From Balanoglossus misakiensis (taxonomy: Eukaryota > Animalia > Hemichordata), in NCBI GenBank assembly GCA_040954595.2, contig CM082594.2, positions 6,466,740 to 6,530,739 on the forward strand: a stretch of DNA of 64,000 nucleotides, read 5' to 3'. The notes beneath the pieces are model-generated. The model saw only the letters and a program-made list of their open reading frames with translations, did no database searches and was not told the DNA's origin. Positions 63,901-64,000 of the stretch are shown piece after piece. Each line of letters begins with the position of its first letter. Positions within the stretch are counted from its first letter, which is position 1. The translations under genes and the position numbers were made by a program.

Positions 63901-64000
63901 GGGTTGTAGCTCATGAAAATCATCCAAAAATGACAATTTTTCGACTTTGCGAGATATCAAAATTTCTTCATTTTTTTGAAAAAACCATGGGTTATAGCTC
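60905..64000. repeat. 88-bp tandem satellite, about 35 near-identical copies, continuing beyond the window
   Basis: Unit: tgggttatagctcatgaaaatc(a/g)tccaaaaatgacaatttttcgactttgcgagatatcaaaatttcttcatttttttgaaaaaacca. Confidence 0.98.

Noticed and set aside
60905-64000. CRISPR-like array, and ORFs repeating KKPWVIAHEN
   Set aside because: There are no unique spacers and no cas genes. It is a contiguous satellite, and the 88-bp unit is not a multiple of 3.

Overview
Intron-rich eukaryotic DNA. The compact GT-AG introns and the gene content suggest a marine invertebrate, possibly a deuterostome; this is inference and the species cannot be fixed from the sequence. Gene models were built by hand from splice sites. 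In order they are: two tandem PECR genes; two paralogous type-I membrane proteins with alternating Sushi/CCP and F-type-lectin (FTP) domains; a RacA/RhoBTB-type GTPase; an intronless ZER1/ZYG11-like gene; an orphan single-exon ORF; two tandem bacterial-FabG-like SDRs; two divergent complexin-3/4-like CAAX genes; PRPF3; KTI12; a small two-TM orphan; and the 3' exons of an O-fucosyltransferase-like gene. An 88-bp satellite array lies upstream of that last gene and runs off the window end. The most notable points are the complexin-like pair, the CCP-FTP receptor pair, loss of the PTS1 signal in one PECR copy, the bacterial-type SDR pair with mosaic divergence, a U12 AT-AC intron in KTI12, two paralog-specific GC donors and a perfect 29-bp hairpin in a PRPF3 intron. 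No CRISPR array, tRNA or rRNA is supported. Family assignments rest on recalled motifs, not database searches.
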